Source: an uncultured Gammaproteobacteria bacterium (lineage in GTDB: Bacteria > Patescibacteriota > Patescibacteriia > UBA11705 > JABHMO01). Taken from it: a stretch of DNA of 64,000 bases. Both the position numbers and the translations under genes were made by a program. The first letter of the stretch is position 1. Every line of letters begins with the position of its first letter. The stretch is from NCBI GenBank assembly GCA_964362205.1, contig CAYIDA010000005.1, positions 1-64,000 on the forward strand. Reading direction: 5' to 3'. Shown here piece after piece: positions 54,909 to 64,000 of the stretch. The notes beneath the pieces were generated by a model. The model saw only the letters and a list, made by a program, of their open reading frames with translations, was not told where the DNA came from and did no database searches.

Positions 54909-55559
54909 TTACTTTTTCTTTTTTTCTGAAGTTTTTTTCGTCGCAGTTTTTGCCTTAGTTTTTTTATCCTTGGCAGTTTCTTCGGCGATTTCCACTTTCT
55001 TGATTTCCCCTGTTTTAACAGCGGGAATCGGCTTTTCGTTTTTTTCTTTTTCAACCGGAGCGTTTGGAGTCAATATCCTGATAAGTTTATCAATTTTGGA
55101 ATTAAGCATTGTTAATTGCTCGGCCACATTGCCTGAATCCTTGCTGGAGTTTTCGTTGCCCTTGCCGAAACAGTCGCGGCAAAATACAGGTTTGCCTTCT
55201 CTTGGTCTGAATGGCAATTGGCATGATTGACCGCATTTATCGCAAACAGCATCATATCTCGGCTTATCGCCAAAATTTGATCTTTCACGTCTGTCGCCAA
55301 AGCTTGGTCTTTCGTGTCGATCGCTGTTGAATCTGGTTGGTCGCTCATCGCCACCTTTTTGCTTGCCGAAGCAGTCACTGCAGAAGACCGGTCTGTCTCC
55401 GCTTGGTCTGAACGGCAATTCACAGCTGACCCCGCATTCACTGCAGGTTGCGCTGTGCATAGCTGGACGGCCTTCATCTCTGTCGCTAAAGGAATTGTTG
55501 CTGAATTTACGGCTAAAACCGCCACCTGGCCGTTTACCGTCTCGCTTAAAATTTCCCAT
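54909..55559 (-). CDS. Double CxxC-x17-CxxC zinc-ribbon protein with Lys-rich C-terminal tail
   Basis: Two copies of C.ECG..C.LPFRP...PVFC.DCF, each flanked by RP/ER-rich low-complexity sequence. C-terminus KKTKAKTATKKTSEKKKK. Confidence 0.8.
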   Translation of the reverse strand: MGNFKRDGKRPGGGFSRKFSNNSFSDRDEGRPAMHSATCSECGVSCELPFRPSGDRPVFCSDCFGKQKGGDERPTRFNSDRHERPSFGDRRERSNFGDKPRYDAVCDKCGQSCQLPFRPREGKPVFCRDCFGKGNENSSKDSGNVAEQLTMLNSKIDKLIRILTPNAPVEKEKNEKPIPAVKTGEIKKVEIAEETAKDKKTKAKTATKKTSEKKKK

Positions 55560-55634
55560 ACTTAATGTTTAATTATTTAAGTTGCTTAACTATAACATAA
55601 CTTCAAAAAAAAATCAAGAGCGCTGGAGTTTTTG

Positions 55635-57086
55635 TTAAAATTTGCCCAAATCAAGCTCCTGGTCAAATTTTATTTCTTTAACAAAATCAGGCATGTGGCT
55701 GATTAAAATTAACGCGCCGTCATAAGCGTTTATGGCTTTGGCAATCACCGGCAAATGGCGAAAGTTGATATGATTGGTCGGCTCGTCCAAAACCAATAAT
55801 CCTGGTTTCATGAGTACTAGTCGCGCGAAAGACAGCAATCCTTTTTGGCCCTCTGATAAATGAGAAATTTTTAGTCCCATGAGTTCGCCGGAAATGAGAA
55901 AGCCTGCGGCAATGGAACGCATGTCCTGAATATCGGTTCCGGGAGTAAGAGCGCTTTTTAGAGAATCAAAAACCGTTTGCTCATAATCAAGCGTGGCAAA
56001 ATCTTGGCTGTAATAGCCGACGCGAGTGCCTTCAAGGATATTGACGCCTTCGCTCGTTTGATTTACCAGTGTTCGCAATAAAGTGCTTTTGCCAATACCA
56101 TTCGGTCCGGAAATCAACAGACGATCTCGCTGTCTTAACAAAACATCAACTTCTTTTGTTATTGGTTCGTGATTTTTTATTATTTTTATTGATTTGATGG
56201 TAACCACATTGCCGACAATTCCTTGAGCGGGGATAGTGAAGTCTCGAATGGTTTTGTCTTCTCGGCGAACGTCAACTTTATTTTCTTCCAGCTCTTCAAC
56301 ATCGTCTTTTAATTTTTTCGCCAGCCGACGCATTTTTCCTCCTTTGTGGGCGAAGAAATTCACTTTGTCTTTGTTGTCTTGGATTTCTTTTTCCAGTTGA
56401 GCGTTCTTTTTTATTTCTCGTTCGATTCTCCTGTCAATTTCTTCCACCACGGAAAAGTAATCTCCGACATAAGTTTCTGTTTTTTTCGTGTGGCCGTCGA
56501 GATAAACAACGCCTTCGGTAAAACAATTCAAAAAATCAGCGTCATGAGAAATGACCATTACGGTTTTGTCGTACATGACCAGAAATTCAATCAAATGATC
56601 AATGCCCGCTTTGTCCAAATTATTCGTTGGCTCATCCAAAAGCAAAATATCCGGATTCTGAATGAGCGCGTAGGCCAATAAAATTCTCGCTTGTTGCCCG
56701 CCGGACAGCATGCCGACCTTGAGACTAATCGGAACATCGAGATTGACCGCGTTCATGACCTTGCTGATTTGGCTTCTGATATTTCCGGGAACAGGCTTGA
56801 AGGCCTTGCTGAAATATTGTTCAACGGTTAAATCCGCGTCTTTTTTATCAAGCATCTGGCTGGCAATGGCAATGGTGGCGTTATCGGAAAGGGAAACATT
56901 GCCTTCGGTTGATTTGAGTTCGCCGGTGGTTAGTTTGAAAATCGTGCTTTTGCCGGATCCGTTCTGTCCCATTAATGTTATCTTTGCGCCTTTACGCACG
57001 CTAAAACACACCTCGTCCAATACAGGTTTTCTTTCTTCATATTCAAAGGTTACATTGTCGAATCTTAAGATTACATTTTCAGACAT
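55635..57086 (-). CDS. ABC-F family ATPase (two tandem ABC domains, no TMD; EttA/Uup-like)
   Basis: Two Walker A motifs (GQNGSGKST, GPNGIGKST), two LSGGQ-type signature motifs and an inter-domain linker. 483 aa. Confidence 0.9.
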   Translation of the reverse strand: MSENVILRFDNVTFEYEERKPVLDEVCFSVRKGAKITLMGQNGSGKSTIFKLTTGELKSTEGNVSLSDNATIAIASQMLDKKDADLTVEQYFSKAFKPVPGNIRSQISKVMNAVNLDVPISLKVGMLSGGQQARILLAYALIQNPDILLLDEPTNNLDKAGIDHLIEFLVMYDKTVMVISHDADFLNCFTEGVVYLDGHTKKTETYVGDYFSVVEEIDRRIEREIKKNAQLEKEIQDNKDKVNFFAHKGGKMRRLAKKLKDDVEELEENKVDVRREDKTIRDFTIPAQGIVGNVVTIKSIKIIKNHEPITKEVDVLLRQRDRLLISGPNGIGKSTLLRTLVNQTSEGVNILEGTRVGYYSQDFATLDYEQTVFDSLKSALTPGTDIQDMRSIAAGFLISGELMGLKISHLSEGQKGLLSFARLVLMKPGLLVLDEPTNHINFRHLPVIAKAINAYDGALILISHMPDFVKEIKFDQELDLGKF

Positions 57087-57114
57087 AATAACTATTTAAC
57101 CAGCTTAAAATCAA

Positions 57115-57360
57115 TTAGAGTTGTTCCTTGATGTCGTCCCAGGTAATACCGCTATATGATTCAATTTCTTTTAATAAATAATACAAAACATCTTTTCTCA
57201 GGTTGAATTGCATTGTTATTGTTTTTTGCGTTTTCGGCCAAGTGGCTTTGTAGTGACTGCCGGCACCTCCTGCTTTGTCAATAATAAATCCGAGCCGTTG
57301 CAAAGCCCGGATAAATTTTCGGCGTTTTATTTCACCAGGTAATTCGCTAAGCGATGGCAT
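57115..57360 (-). CDS. HicA/YcfA-family toxin-like protein
   Basis: ATG at 57360 (MPSLSELPG...) lies after AGGGAGA. KRRKFIRALQRLGFIIDKAGGAGSHYK matches the YcfA/HicA core. The ORF opens further upstream, at 57426. Confidence 0.6.
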   Translation of the reverse strand: MPSLSELPGEIKRRKFIRALQRLGFIIDKAGGAGSHYKATWPKTQKTITMQFNLRKDVLYYLLKEIESYSGITWDDIKEQL

Positions 57361-57676
57361 ATTCTCCCTGCTTGTCACCAACCTTACATATTGCGGCTTC
57401 CTTAGCGAACGAAGAAGGAATATCAAAAGAGGTTAAAATAGCATCTTTAATATTTTCATCCAGCTGCTCCAGTGTCTTTGCTGAAGTTATAATAGAACCA
57501 TATTTAAAATTGTTACTGACAGCAATGATGTTTCCGTCCTCTCCTTTTTCTTGCCTGAAGTTTATTGGTTCGTTATGTATAAAATATTGATTTAACTCAA
57601 ACAGTCCGCGGGGAACTGAATCTTTTCCTGAAAGCGCCTTGATCAGTTGGTCTTTGATTTTTTTGGTTATAGTCAT
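57347..57676 (-). CDS. HicB/UPF0150-family antitoxin-like protein
   Basis: ATG at 57676 (MTITKKIK...). EKGEDGNIIAVSNNFKYGSIITSAKTLEQLDENIKDAI follows the UPF0150 pattern. It overlaps the downstream toxin by 14 nt. Confidence 0.55.
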   Translation of the reverse strand: MTITKKIKDQLIKALSGKDSVPRGLFELNQYFIHNEPINFRQEKGEDGNIIAVSNNFKYGSIITSAKTLEQLDENIKDAILTSFDIPSSFAKEAAICKVGDKQGEYAIA

Positions 57677-57789
57677 ATGTTTGGTTTTTCTGTTATTTGA
57701 GATAATAGCACGGATTATTTTGTGTGTCAATTATTCGCATCCGCGACGTTTGACTTTTTTTGTTATATTAGATAGTATATCAGTAGTCT

Positions 57790-57930
57790 GTTTGAATTTA
57801 AATTGTTCGGTGATTGTCTGACTTGCTCCGCCGTTGGCGGGGTGAAGTAGGGTAGTCGGTCTAGTGATTTGTTTGAATTTTTAATTTGGAATTTTATTTG
57901 GGTTTCGGATTTTGAATTTTGAGTTTGTCT
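57790..57930 (+). repeat. Word-stutter leader (tttgaatttt words) upstream of tRNA-Gln
   Basis: gtttgaatttaaattg ... gatttgtttgaatttttaatttggaattttatttgggtttcggattttgaattttgagtttg. Includes the small GC hairpin ccgccgttggcgg. Confidence 0.55.
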
Positions 57931-57933
57931 TAT

Positions 57934-58007
57934 TCGGGGATCGTCTAATGGTAGGACTCCAGGTTTTGGTCCTGGCTATCGGGGTTCGAATCCCTGTCCC
58001 CGAGCCA
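57934..58007 (+). tRNA. tRNA-Gln (anticodon UUG)
   Basis: Acceptor stem TCGGGGA/TCCCCGA (U1-A72). D-arm GTCT-AATGGTA-GGAC. Anticodon stem CCAGG/CCTGG with loop TTTTGGT, giving UUG. T-arm CGGGG-TTCGAAT-CCCTG. Discriminator G then CCA. 74 nt. Confidence 0.9.
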
Positions 58008-58106
58008 AATTGAATTGAACATTTTGCTGTAGTGGAAATAAATTTTATAAAAAGTAAATGAGTGAATGAAAAAGACCAAGCGTTGGAGCGTGGTCTTTTT
58101 GTTTTT

Positions 58107-58532
58107 TTATTGAGGGCAATTGCAGGGCATCTTGTCTATACATTCGTCCGATGATCGTTCGGTTGAAGCAATGCTGAGCAGGATAGCGCCGGGCGCCAGT
58201 CGCACTTTGTGCCAGAGCATATTGGGAACGAGCAAACCTTGCTTCGGAGAGTCAAGAGTAACGTGAGTGCAGAATTGCAGACAATGCAATTCAACATTGG
58301 CAAGGCCGGATAGGCAAATCATGATTTCCCTTTTACCGCCTTGCGGATGGCAGTGTCCGCCGCGTTCCACTTCTTGCTCCGTGTTGTTTATAATCCAATA
58401 AACGCGCGGAGCGGAATGAAAGAAATTGAGACAAATTTTTCTCGGTTCAGCGATAATAAGATCACCCGGCTTGTGAGTTAAAACCGGCAGGGTAATCAGC
58501 AAGTCGTTTAGGTGTAATGTGCCTGAATTCAT
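58107..58532 (-). CDS. WxcM/FdtA-like cupin (dTDP-sugar 3,4-ketoisomerase-like)
   Basis: HCHPQGGKREIMICLSGLANVELHCL...LLVPNMLWHKVRLAPGAILLSIAS follows the FdtA/WxcM C-terminal domain pattern. Confidence 0.7.
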   Translation of the reverse strand: MNSGTLHLNDLLITLPVLTHKPGDLIIAEPRKICLNFFHSAPRVYWIINNTEQEVERGGHCHPQGGKREIMICLSGLANVELHCLQFCTHVTLDSPKQGLLVPNMLWHKVRLAPGAILLSIASTERSSDECIDKMPCNCPQ

Positions 58533-58676
58533 CTCAACCCCCTTTCATTGGTTGAATCTTTAAGAGTTTAACCGAGGAGAAACGGTTTGTCAAGCGGTTA
58601 AATTTTTGTTATACTTTTGTCGTTATGCGCTACACGCTACACGATATACGACACACGTATACGATACACGAACATT

Positions 58677-59816
58677 ATGAAAAAGGCTTTGATAGTATTT
58701 TTATTGATTATAGCGATTGCGCCAAATTTTGTATTTGCTGGAGAAATCCAGACTGAAGGGACAGAACAGGCGATTAAAGATCAAAATTTTGAGGCGAAAG
58801 TTATTGAAGTTTTGGAAGAGAAAAAGGTAACACGCGAAGATGGATCCACGGCGATTCAGCAGAATTTGAAACTGAAAGGTTTGGCTGGTGATTTTAAGGG
58901 CAAGGAATTTGTGTTTAGCGGTATCGGAGACATTGAAGTCATGAGCGCGTTCCAGGCGAAAAAAGGCGATAAGGTGGTGGTTTCTTATTCTGTGGGAGAA
59001 GACGGGGCTGGAACTTTTTACGTTACAGATTTTGTCCGGCGCGGATATTTGTATTTGCTGGCGATTGTTTTTTCAGTTGTCATCGTACTCATTGGGAAAA
59101 AACAGGGATTCAAATCACTGATCAGTTTGATTTTGACATTCGTGGTGATTATGAAATATATTGTGCCGAAAATCGTGGCCGGCGGAAATCCATTGTTCGT
59201 GAGTATTATCGGCTCAGTGATAATTTTGGCAGTGATAATTTATTTAACTTGGGGATTTAAATTGAAAGCGCATATCGGGCTTCTCAGTATTCTGCTTAGT
59301 TTGATTATCACCGGGTTGATTTCAATTTTATTCACAAAACTCACTGAACTGTCCGGTTTATCAGATGAGAATGCCATGTTTTTAGTTGGTTTGAGTAAGA
59401 CAGCGATAAATTTCAAAGGATTGCTTCTGGCCGGCATAGTTCTCGGTACAGTGGGCGTACTTGACGACGTGGTAATCAGTCAGATTTCCAGTGTGGAACA
59501 ATTGTCTGACGCGAACAAAAGTTGGAAGTTTAAGGAACTGTACAAAAGCGCGATGAAGGTGGGCGTTGACCATATCAGTTCCATGACCAATACTTTATTT
59601 CTAGCTTATGCCGGAGCGTCGTTGCCATTGCTTTTATTATTTAATTTAAATTCCGGACCGTTTATTAATTTTTCACAAATAATAAATAATGAAGCCATTG
59701 CCACGGAAATCGTGCGCACTTTGACCGGCAGTGTTGGCTTGATGCTGGCCATGCCGCTGTCAACTTTGATTGCCGCGAAATATTACGCGCGGAAATATAA
59801 AAATATAAAAACATAG
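58677..59816 (+). CDS. YibE/F-family membrane protein
   Basis: Signal peptide then multiple TM segments. 'YIVPKIVAGGNPLFVSIIGSVIIL' is YibE/F-like. The ORF opens upstream, at 58617, inside the tacacg/atacga stutter. Confidence 0.75.
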   Translation: MKKALIVFLLIIAIAPNFVFAGEIQTEGTEQAIKDQNFEAKVIEVLEEKKVTREDGSTAIQQNLKLKGLAGDFKGKEFVFSGIGDIEVMSAFQAKKGDKVVVSYSVGEDGAGTFYVTDFVRRGYLYLLAIVFSVVIVLIGKKQGFKSLISLILTFVVIMKYIVPKIVAGGNPLFVSIIGSVIILAVIIYLTWGFKLKAHIGLLSILLSLIITGLISILFTKLTELSGLSDENAMFLVGLSKTAINFKGLLLAGIVLGTVGVLDDVVISQISSVEQLSDANKSWKFKELYKSAMKVGVDHISSMTNTLFLAYAGASLPLLLLFNLNSGPFINFSQIINNEAIATEIVRTLTGSVGLMLAMPLSTLIAAKYYARKYKNIKT

Positions 59817-59825
59817 AAATAGTAT

Positions 59826-60569
59826 ATGGTTTGGTTTAATACTTTATTCAGTGTAATCGTGGTCAGCCTGCTTTCTTTCAGCGGCGCGTTATTGTTTTTG
59901 ATGAAAAAAGAACGGTCAACGCATTTTCTGTTATATTTGGTGAGTTTCTCCGTGGGCGCTCTGCTTGGCGATGTTTTTATTCATATTCTGCCTGAAATAG
60001 TTGAGAAAGAAAGATTTTCCGCGTCAACGGGTTTGTATTTCTTAATTGGTATTGTGATTTTTTTCGTGATTGAAAAATTCGCCAATTGGCATCACTGTCA
60101 TGATTTGGAACATACTCATCATTTGAAAAAACTAGCGTACACAAATTTAATCGGCGACGGTCTGCACAATTTTATTGACGGTATGATTATCGCCGGCGTG
60201 TATTTAATCAGTTTTCCTCTTGGGTTGGCCACCACACTCGCCGTTGTTTTTCATGAAATACCGCAAGAGATCGGAGATCTTGGAGTTCTTATGTATTCAG
60301 GTATGAGCCGCGTTAAAGCATTGTTCTTTAACTTTTTTTCCGCTTGTTTGGCCTTGCTTGGAGCAATCGTTACGCTCATTGTTGTTGAGAATGTTGAAAA
60401 TTTATTAGTTGTTTTGTTGGCCATTGCCGGCGGCGGATTTATTTATATTGCCGGTTCTGATCTGATTCCCGAATTGCACAAGGAATGTAAATTTTGCCGG
60501 TCAATTTATCAATTACTCTTTATTGTTGGAGGTATGGCGCTGATGTGGGGGTTGAAGTTGGTTGGGTAA
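59826..60569 (+). CDS. zupT: ZIP-family zinc transporter
   Basis: HNFIDGMIIAG...VVFHEIPQEIGDLGVL signature. 247 aa. Confidence 0.9.
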   Translation: MVWFNTLFSVIVVSLLSFSGALLFLMKKERSTHFLLYLVSFSVGALLGDVFIHILPEIVEKERFSASTGLYFLIGIVIFFVIEKFANWHHCHDLEHTHHLKKLAYTNLIGDGLHNFIDGMIIAGVYLISFPLGLATTLAVVFHEIPQEIGDLGVLMYSGMSRVKALFFNFFSACLALLGAIVTLIVVENVENLLVVLLAIAGGGFIYIAGSDLIPELHKECKFCRSIYQLLFIVGGMALMWGLKLVG

Positions 60570-60623
60570 AATTTTTAAAAATATAAAAATAAAAAATAGA
60601 AAAAATATAAAAAAATAAAAATA

Positions 60624-60657
60624 AAAAGCCCGCCTTTTGTGAAAGACGGGTTTTTTG
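60624..60657. terminator. Bidirectional rho-independent terminator
   Basis: agcccgcctttt tgtg aaagacgggtt followed by ttttttg. Preceded by an A-rich run. Confidence 0.65.
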
Positions 60658-60963
60658 TTATTCAGTGAAGGTGAGCGGAACGCAGAGTCCTCGCACTTTT
60701 TGAGAAAATCGTTTGCAAGCTTGAATAAAGCGTTGGTCAATAACCAACCATTCCACTAACTTGTCTACTTTTTTGCCCAAGAATTTTAGTGCAATGAAGG
60801 AAAGGATAAAAGGGGAGAATACAATGGCGAGTGCTGATAGAATGATAAATTTGAAAGGGGCGCAAAGGAGATCAAATAAAAATCCTACCAAGGTTTTTTC
60901 TGAGATCGGGTCATCTAAAAAGTAAGCGAGTTTGTACAATGGATTCTTTTTCGAAATCGTCAT
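60658..60963 (-). CDS. Small membrane protein, MTISKN-family paralogue 1
   Basis: ATG at 60963 after GGGAGGTG. N-terminus MTISKKNPLYKLAYFLDDP. Two TM segments. Confidence 0.6.
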   Translation of the reverse strand: MTISKKNPLYKLAYFLDDPISEKTLVGFLFDLLCAPFKFIILSALAIVFSPFILSFIALKFLGKKVDKLVEWLVIDQRFIQACKRFSQKVRGLCVPLTFTE

Positions 60964-61541
60964 TTGGCACCTCCCAAGGTGGTATCAGTCGCGGTTTGTT
61001 CTTCAACGAAAGTAATCAATGGACAGACGTGTTCTTTTTTGGCCTTGATGTAGGCAATGGTCAATTGATAGACAGATGAATTTTTAAGCGACCCAAAAGA
61101 CTTTTTGAACGAAACAACAAGTAAACAAAAACTTATGAGACATGTTGCGACTATTGCGAGACAGAGCAAGAGGATAAAAATTCGTGACGTTTCTTCAGGG
61201 TATTGCCAGAACAAACAACTAAGTCCGATAATGGTCAACGGGTAAATCGGCAAGATGCGAAATCCTTTGATTGTCGGCAACCAGGTTATTTTTTTCTGAT
61301 CCTCTACGTCTGGGACAGGCAGGGTTATTGGGAAATAAAATCCGAAAGCGACAAAAATAATTTCTAAAATTGTGCAAAGTATCGCTGTAATACAGCCTAG
61401 AATTAATAGCAAGATCGGAAAGGCAGTCACGGCCAAGATGAATCGCCAAAAAAATTCGCACAAATTAGTTTGATTGTTTTCCGGCTTGTCATACCAACTG
61501 TAAGTGTATTTGTAAAGAACACTGTTTTTGGAGATTGTCAT
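60960..61541 (-). CDS. Membrane protein, MTISKN-family paralogue 2
   Basis: ATG at 61541 after AAGGAGG. N-terminus MTISKNSVLYKYTYSWYDKPEN. Four TM segments. The 4-nt ATGA overlap with paralogue 1 suggests translational coupling. The ORF opens upstream, at 61574. Confidence 0.65.
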   Translation of the reverse strand: MTISKNSVLYKYTYSWYDKPENNQTNLCEFFWRFILAVTAFPILLLILGCITAILCTILEIIFVAFGFYFPITLPVPDVEDQKKITWLPTIKGFRILPIYPLTIIGLSCLFWQYPEETSRIFILLLCLAIVATCLISFCLLVVSFKKSFGSLKNSSVYQLTIAYIKAKKEHVCPLITFVEEQTATDTTLGGAK

Positions 61542-61697
61542 TGGGAACCTCCTTTGGCGTTTCGCCAAGTCCACTTTTTATTCTAATAAGAAACTTTCGT
61601 TTTGTCAAATCTTGTAACTTGTCAACACTACTCTGATTACCGATCGTCTTTGACGAAAGAAGATAGATTGCGTAAGATATTAGTGTTATAAAACAAT

Positions 61698-63314
61698 ATG
61701 TCCCACCAGGAAAACAATGTTTGCTGTCGTAATATTACGATAATCGCGCGCTATGTCCAGAATGCTTTGGGCAGTGATGTTTTATTGCTGGAAAATTTGC
61801 CGTACTCAGTTGAATATCTGAAAGACGAGCATAACTGGATTCCTCTCGAGCTTTATGTTCAAATAATGGAGCGAGCGATTGAACTTTTGAAAGACGATGA
61901 AGCGCCGTTCAAAATGGGTTTGTCCGCGCAGGAACTCGAATCTTGGGGTGCATTTAAATATTTGCAGAAAGTTTTCGGCAGTGTGATTTTCGGTCCGATT
62001 GAAGTTTACAAACAAGTCGGGAAATACAATGAGTTTTTTAATCGCACGAAAGATTTGATTGTGGTTAAGACCGGCCTTGACCATTGTTACGTTAAAATAA
62101 AATTCAAAAATAACGTCAACCCGGTAGATGATTTCGCGAGTGACGCTTTTATTCGCGGCATTCTTTGCGGCGTGCCGAATATTTGGCATTTGCCGCCGGC
62201 GAAGTTGGAGGAACCGCTTTTTGAATATGATCTCAAATATTTATTAACGAAGATTGGCGGCGTTGACATAGCGGCGATTGAATTGCGCGGAGATAATTAT
62301 TTTGTAAATGGCGTAGAGTGCGCTAAGCGCGTGGCGTTAATATCTGAATTCAACGGTAATGAACCTCTTTTTCTCGGACAGTATCGGGAAATCAAATCAA
62401 ACGATAATTTGGATGGTTTTACGCTGGCTATTTTGATCACCAAGGATTTGGAAATTAATAAAAAGCTTGTTTTGAAAAAAGGACAAATTTACAACGCGCC
62501 GTATTTTATTTATAGATTAACTTGGAAGCCGCTCAGTTTTTGGCGGAAAATGTATCAGTTGACCATTCATTCGTTTCTTAGTAAGCGCGCCTATCGCGAA
62601 GGCATTGAATCGCAGCTCGCGACCATTAGAAATTACGTTGAAACTTTGGAAGATAAGGTTTTGAAACGAACAGAACAATTGAATCAAGCCAAAGCTGAAG
62701 CTGAATTTTGGCGCGCCAAAGCTGACAATCTTTTGCACACCATGTTGCCGCAAAACATTGTTGAAAAAATGATCAAGGGAAAATTGATTGCTGAAGAAAT
62801 AAACGGCACCGTGGTTTTTACTGACTTGGTTGGGTTCACTGATTTCAGCCGCAACCTCGAACCGCAACAAGTGGCTGATGTGCTGACAAAATATTTTACC
62901 GGCATGAGCAGAATTCTCACGAAACACGGTGGCTGGGTGAATAAATTTATGGGTGATGGCATTCTCGCTTTATTTGGTTTGGCAGGTGAAGTTGACGCAG
63001 CCGAACGCGCGGTTGAAGCGGCTATTGAAATGCAGAAACAAATGTCAGAGTACACTTGGAAGATGCGCGTTGGCGTAGCCAGCGGAAAATTTATTGTTGG
63101 AGAGTTCGGCGCTGAAGGATTGCGCAGGTTTGATTGTCTCGGACATATTGTCAATTTGGCAAGCAGATTGCAATCAGAAGCAAAGGAAGATGAGATTTTG
63201 GTTTGCAGCCGCACGCGTGAACTTTTGACTGACAAATTTAATTTTTCAGAAGTAAAAAAAATATCACCGAAAGGAATCGGCGAGGTGGAAGTGTTTACAA
63301 TAAAAAGCGTTTAG
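61698..63314 (+). CDS. Class III adenylate/guanylate cyclase with ~330-aa N-terminal domain of unknown function
   Basis: The C-terminal CHD core reads GTVVFTDLVGFTDFS...FMGDGILALFG...RVGVASGKFIVGEFG. Confidence 0.85.
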   Translation: MSHQENNVCCRNITIIARYVQNALGSDVLLLENLPYSVEYLKDEHNWIPLELYVQIMERAIELLKDDEAPFKMGLSAQELESWGAFKYLQKVFGSVIFGPIEVYKQVGKYNEFFNRTKDLIVVKTGLDHCYVKIKFKNNVNPVDDFASDAFIRGILCGVPNIWHLPPAKLEEPLFEYDLKYLLTKIGGVDIAAIELRGDNYFVNGVECAKRVALISEFNGNEPLFLGQYREIKSNDNLDGFTLAILITKDLEINKKLVLKKGQIYNAPYFIYRLTWKPLSFWRKMYQLTIHSFLSKRAYREGIESQLATIRNYVETLEDKVLKRTEQLNQAKAEAEFWRAKADNLLHTMLPQNIVEKMIKGKLIAEEINGTVVFTDLVGFTDFSRNLEPQQVADVLTKYFTGMSRILTKHGGWVNKFMGDGILALFGLAGEVDAAERAVEAAIEMQKQMSEYTWKMRVGVASGKFIVGEFGAEGLRRFDCLGHIVNLASRLQSEAKEDEILVCSRTRELLTDKFNFSEVKKISPKGIGEVEVFTIKSV

Positions 63315-63413
63315 GATTGGTGAGATGATTGGGATATTTGAGATGATTGAGATTTATTTGAATCATATATAGATGTCCCAATATTCCCAAATTTCTCAAT
63401 GATCCCAATAATC
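63314..63413. repeat. F1 inverted-repeat element, copy b (ttgggata/gagat ... atctcaa/atcccaa words)
   Basis: ggattggtgagatgattgggatatttgagatgattgagat ... gtcccaatattcccaaatttctcaatgatcccaataatcc. It lies between convergent genes. Confidence 0.7.
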
Positions 63414-64000
63414 CTAGTTCGGGTTTAGGATCACTTGCCAGTCATGATCAACCGCATAGTCCAAAAGTTTTTCGTCCGGATTGACGGCCGTGGGATATTT
63501 CACTAATTGGAGAAAGGGGACATCAGAACTGCTGTCCGCAAAAGCATAACTTTTATTTAGATCAATATTCGCTCGTTTGGCGAAATCATGCACCAAGCGG
63601 GCTTTTTGTTCTTTGTAGCAAAGGCAAGTTGTCTCGCCCGTGTAACAGTGGTGGACAGTTTGCAAACGCGTATCAAGACTGCTTTTGGCGTGAACAAGAT
63701 TTTTGAATTCGCGAGCCAGCGGATGGATAACTTCTGAAACCAAGACAATAGTATGATTCAATTCCGAGTGATCTTTGAGTAGGGGGAAAAAGCCATATTG
63801 AATATTTTTCAAGAGTTTGTGTTCAAAAGTTTCGTGAACAGCTTTATTAAGTTCAGCCACGTCCCAGCCTTTTAAAACCAACAACGCTTTGCGCATCAGA
63901 TCAGCGTGTTGAATTTTATGGAGCTTTTCTAGGAAAAGCCAGTAAGCGACTTTGAAGGCACTTTTTGCTGGGATTTGGTGAAGCCAGAATAAATATGAAA
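63414..64000 (-). CDS. HAD-superfamily hydrolase, subfamily IB-like (partial; N-terminus beyond window end)
   Basis: C-terminal YAFADSSSDVPFLQLVKYPTAVNPDEKL is the HAD-IB motif III region. The frame stays open upstream of the first Met to position 64000. Confidence 0.7.
   Translation of the reverse strand, partial: SYLFWLHQIPAKSAFKVAYWLFLEKLHKIQHADLMRKALLVLKGWDVAELNKAVHETFEHKLLKNIQYGFFPLLKDHSELNHTIVLVSEVIHPLAREFKNLVHAKSSLDTRLQTVHHCYTGETTCLCYKEQKARLVHDFAKRANIDLNKSYAFADSSSDVPFLQLVKYPTAVNPDEKLLDYAVDHDWQVILNPN

Noticed and set aside
60513-60740. Minus-strand ORF overlapping the zupT 3' end and the terminator
   Set aside because: Low-complexity (F/I/K-rich) translation of the A/T runs. It overlaps a real gene end and a terminator hairpin.

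Overview
This is a low-GC, gene-dense bacterial window. Small genes, strong GGAGG ribosome-binding sites, many large repeat-rich hypothetical proteins and a DUF4012-like gene point to a CPR/Patescibacteria-like genome; that placement is inference.

Housekeeping genes present: pyruvate kinase, DnaE, ThrRS, MurA, CtpA, ribosomal protein L9, CTP synthase, CspA, an ABC-F ATPase, ZupT and tRNA-Gln(UUG).

A cell-surface glycan theme runs through the window: three GT2 glycosyltransferases, a GT-B transferase, rfbC, rfbB, a fused RfbD-RfbA gene, an FdtA/WxcM-like ketoisomerase, an S8 protease with FG-GAP repeats and a PEGA-domain protein.

Stand-outs:
1. An 848-aa ORF with unmistakable similarity to eukaryotic major vault protein across its whole length. 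It sits between the GT2 cluster and a NYN-domain nuclease gene.
2. Two overlapping genes encoding 11 tandem C4 zinc-ribbon units.
3. A 745-aa acidic protein with four GYF-like repeats and a C-terminal T2SS-E N-terminal (MshEN-like) domain.
4. A 1538-aa repeat protein.
5. Two HicAB toxin-antitoxin pairs.
6. Several families of intergenic elements: a ~250-bp element with terminal inverted repeats (2 copies); a GC-rich ~170-bp structured element (3 copies); and long inverted-repeat 'word-stutter' leaders that directly abut start codons, replacing the Shine-Dalgarno sequence.

No rRNA, CRISPR array, integrase or transposase gene was seen.
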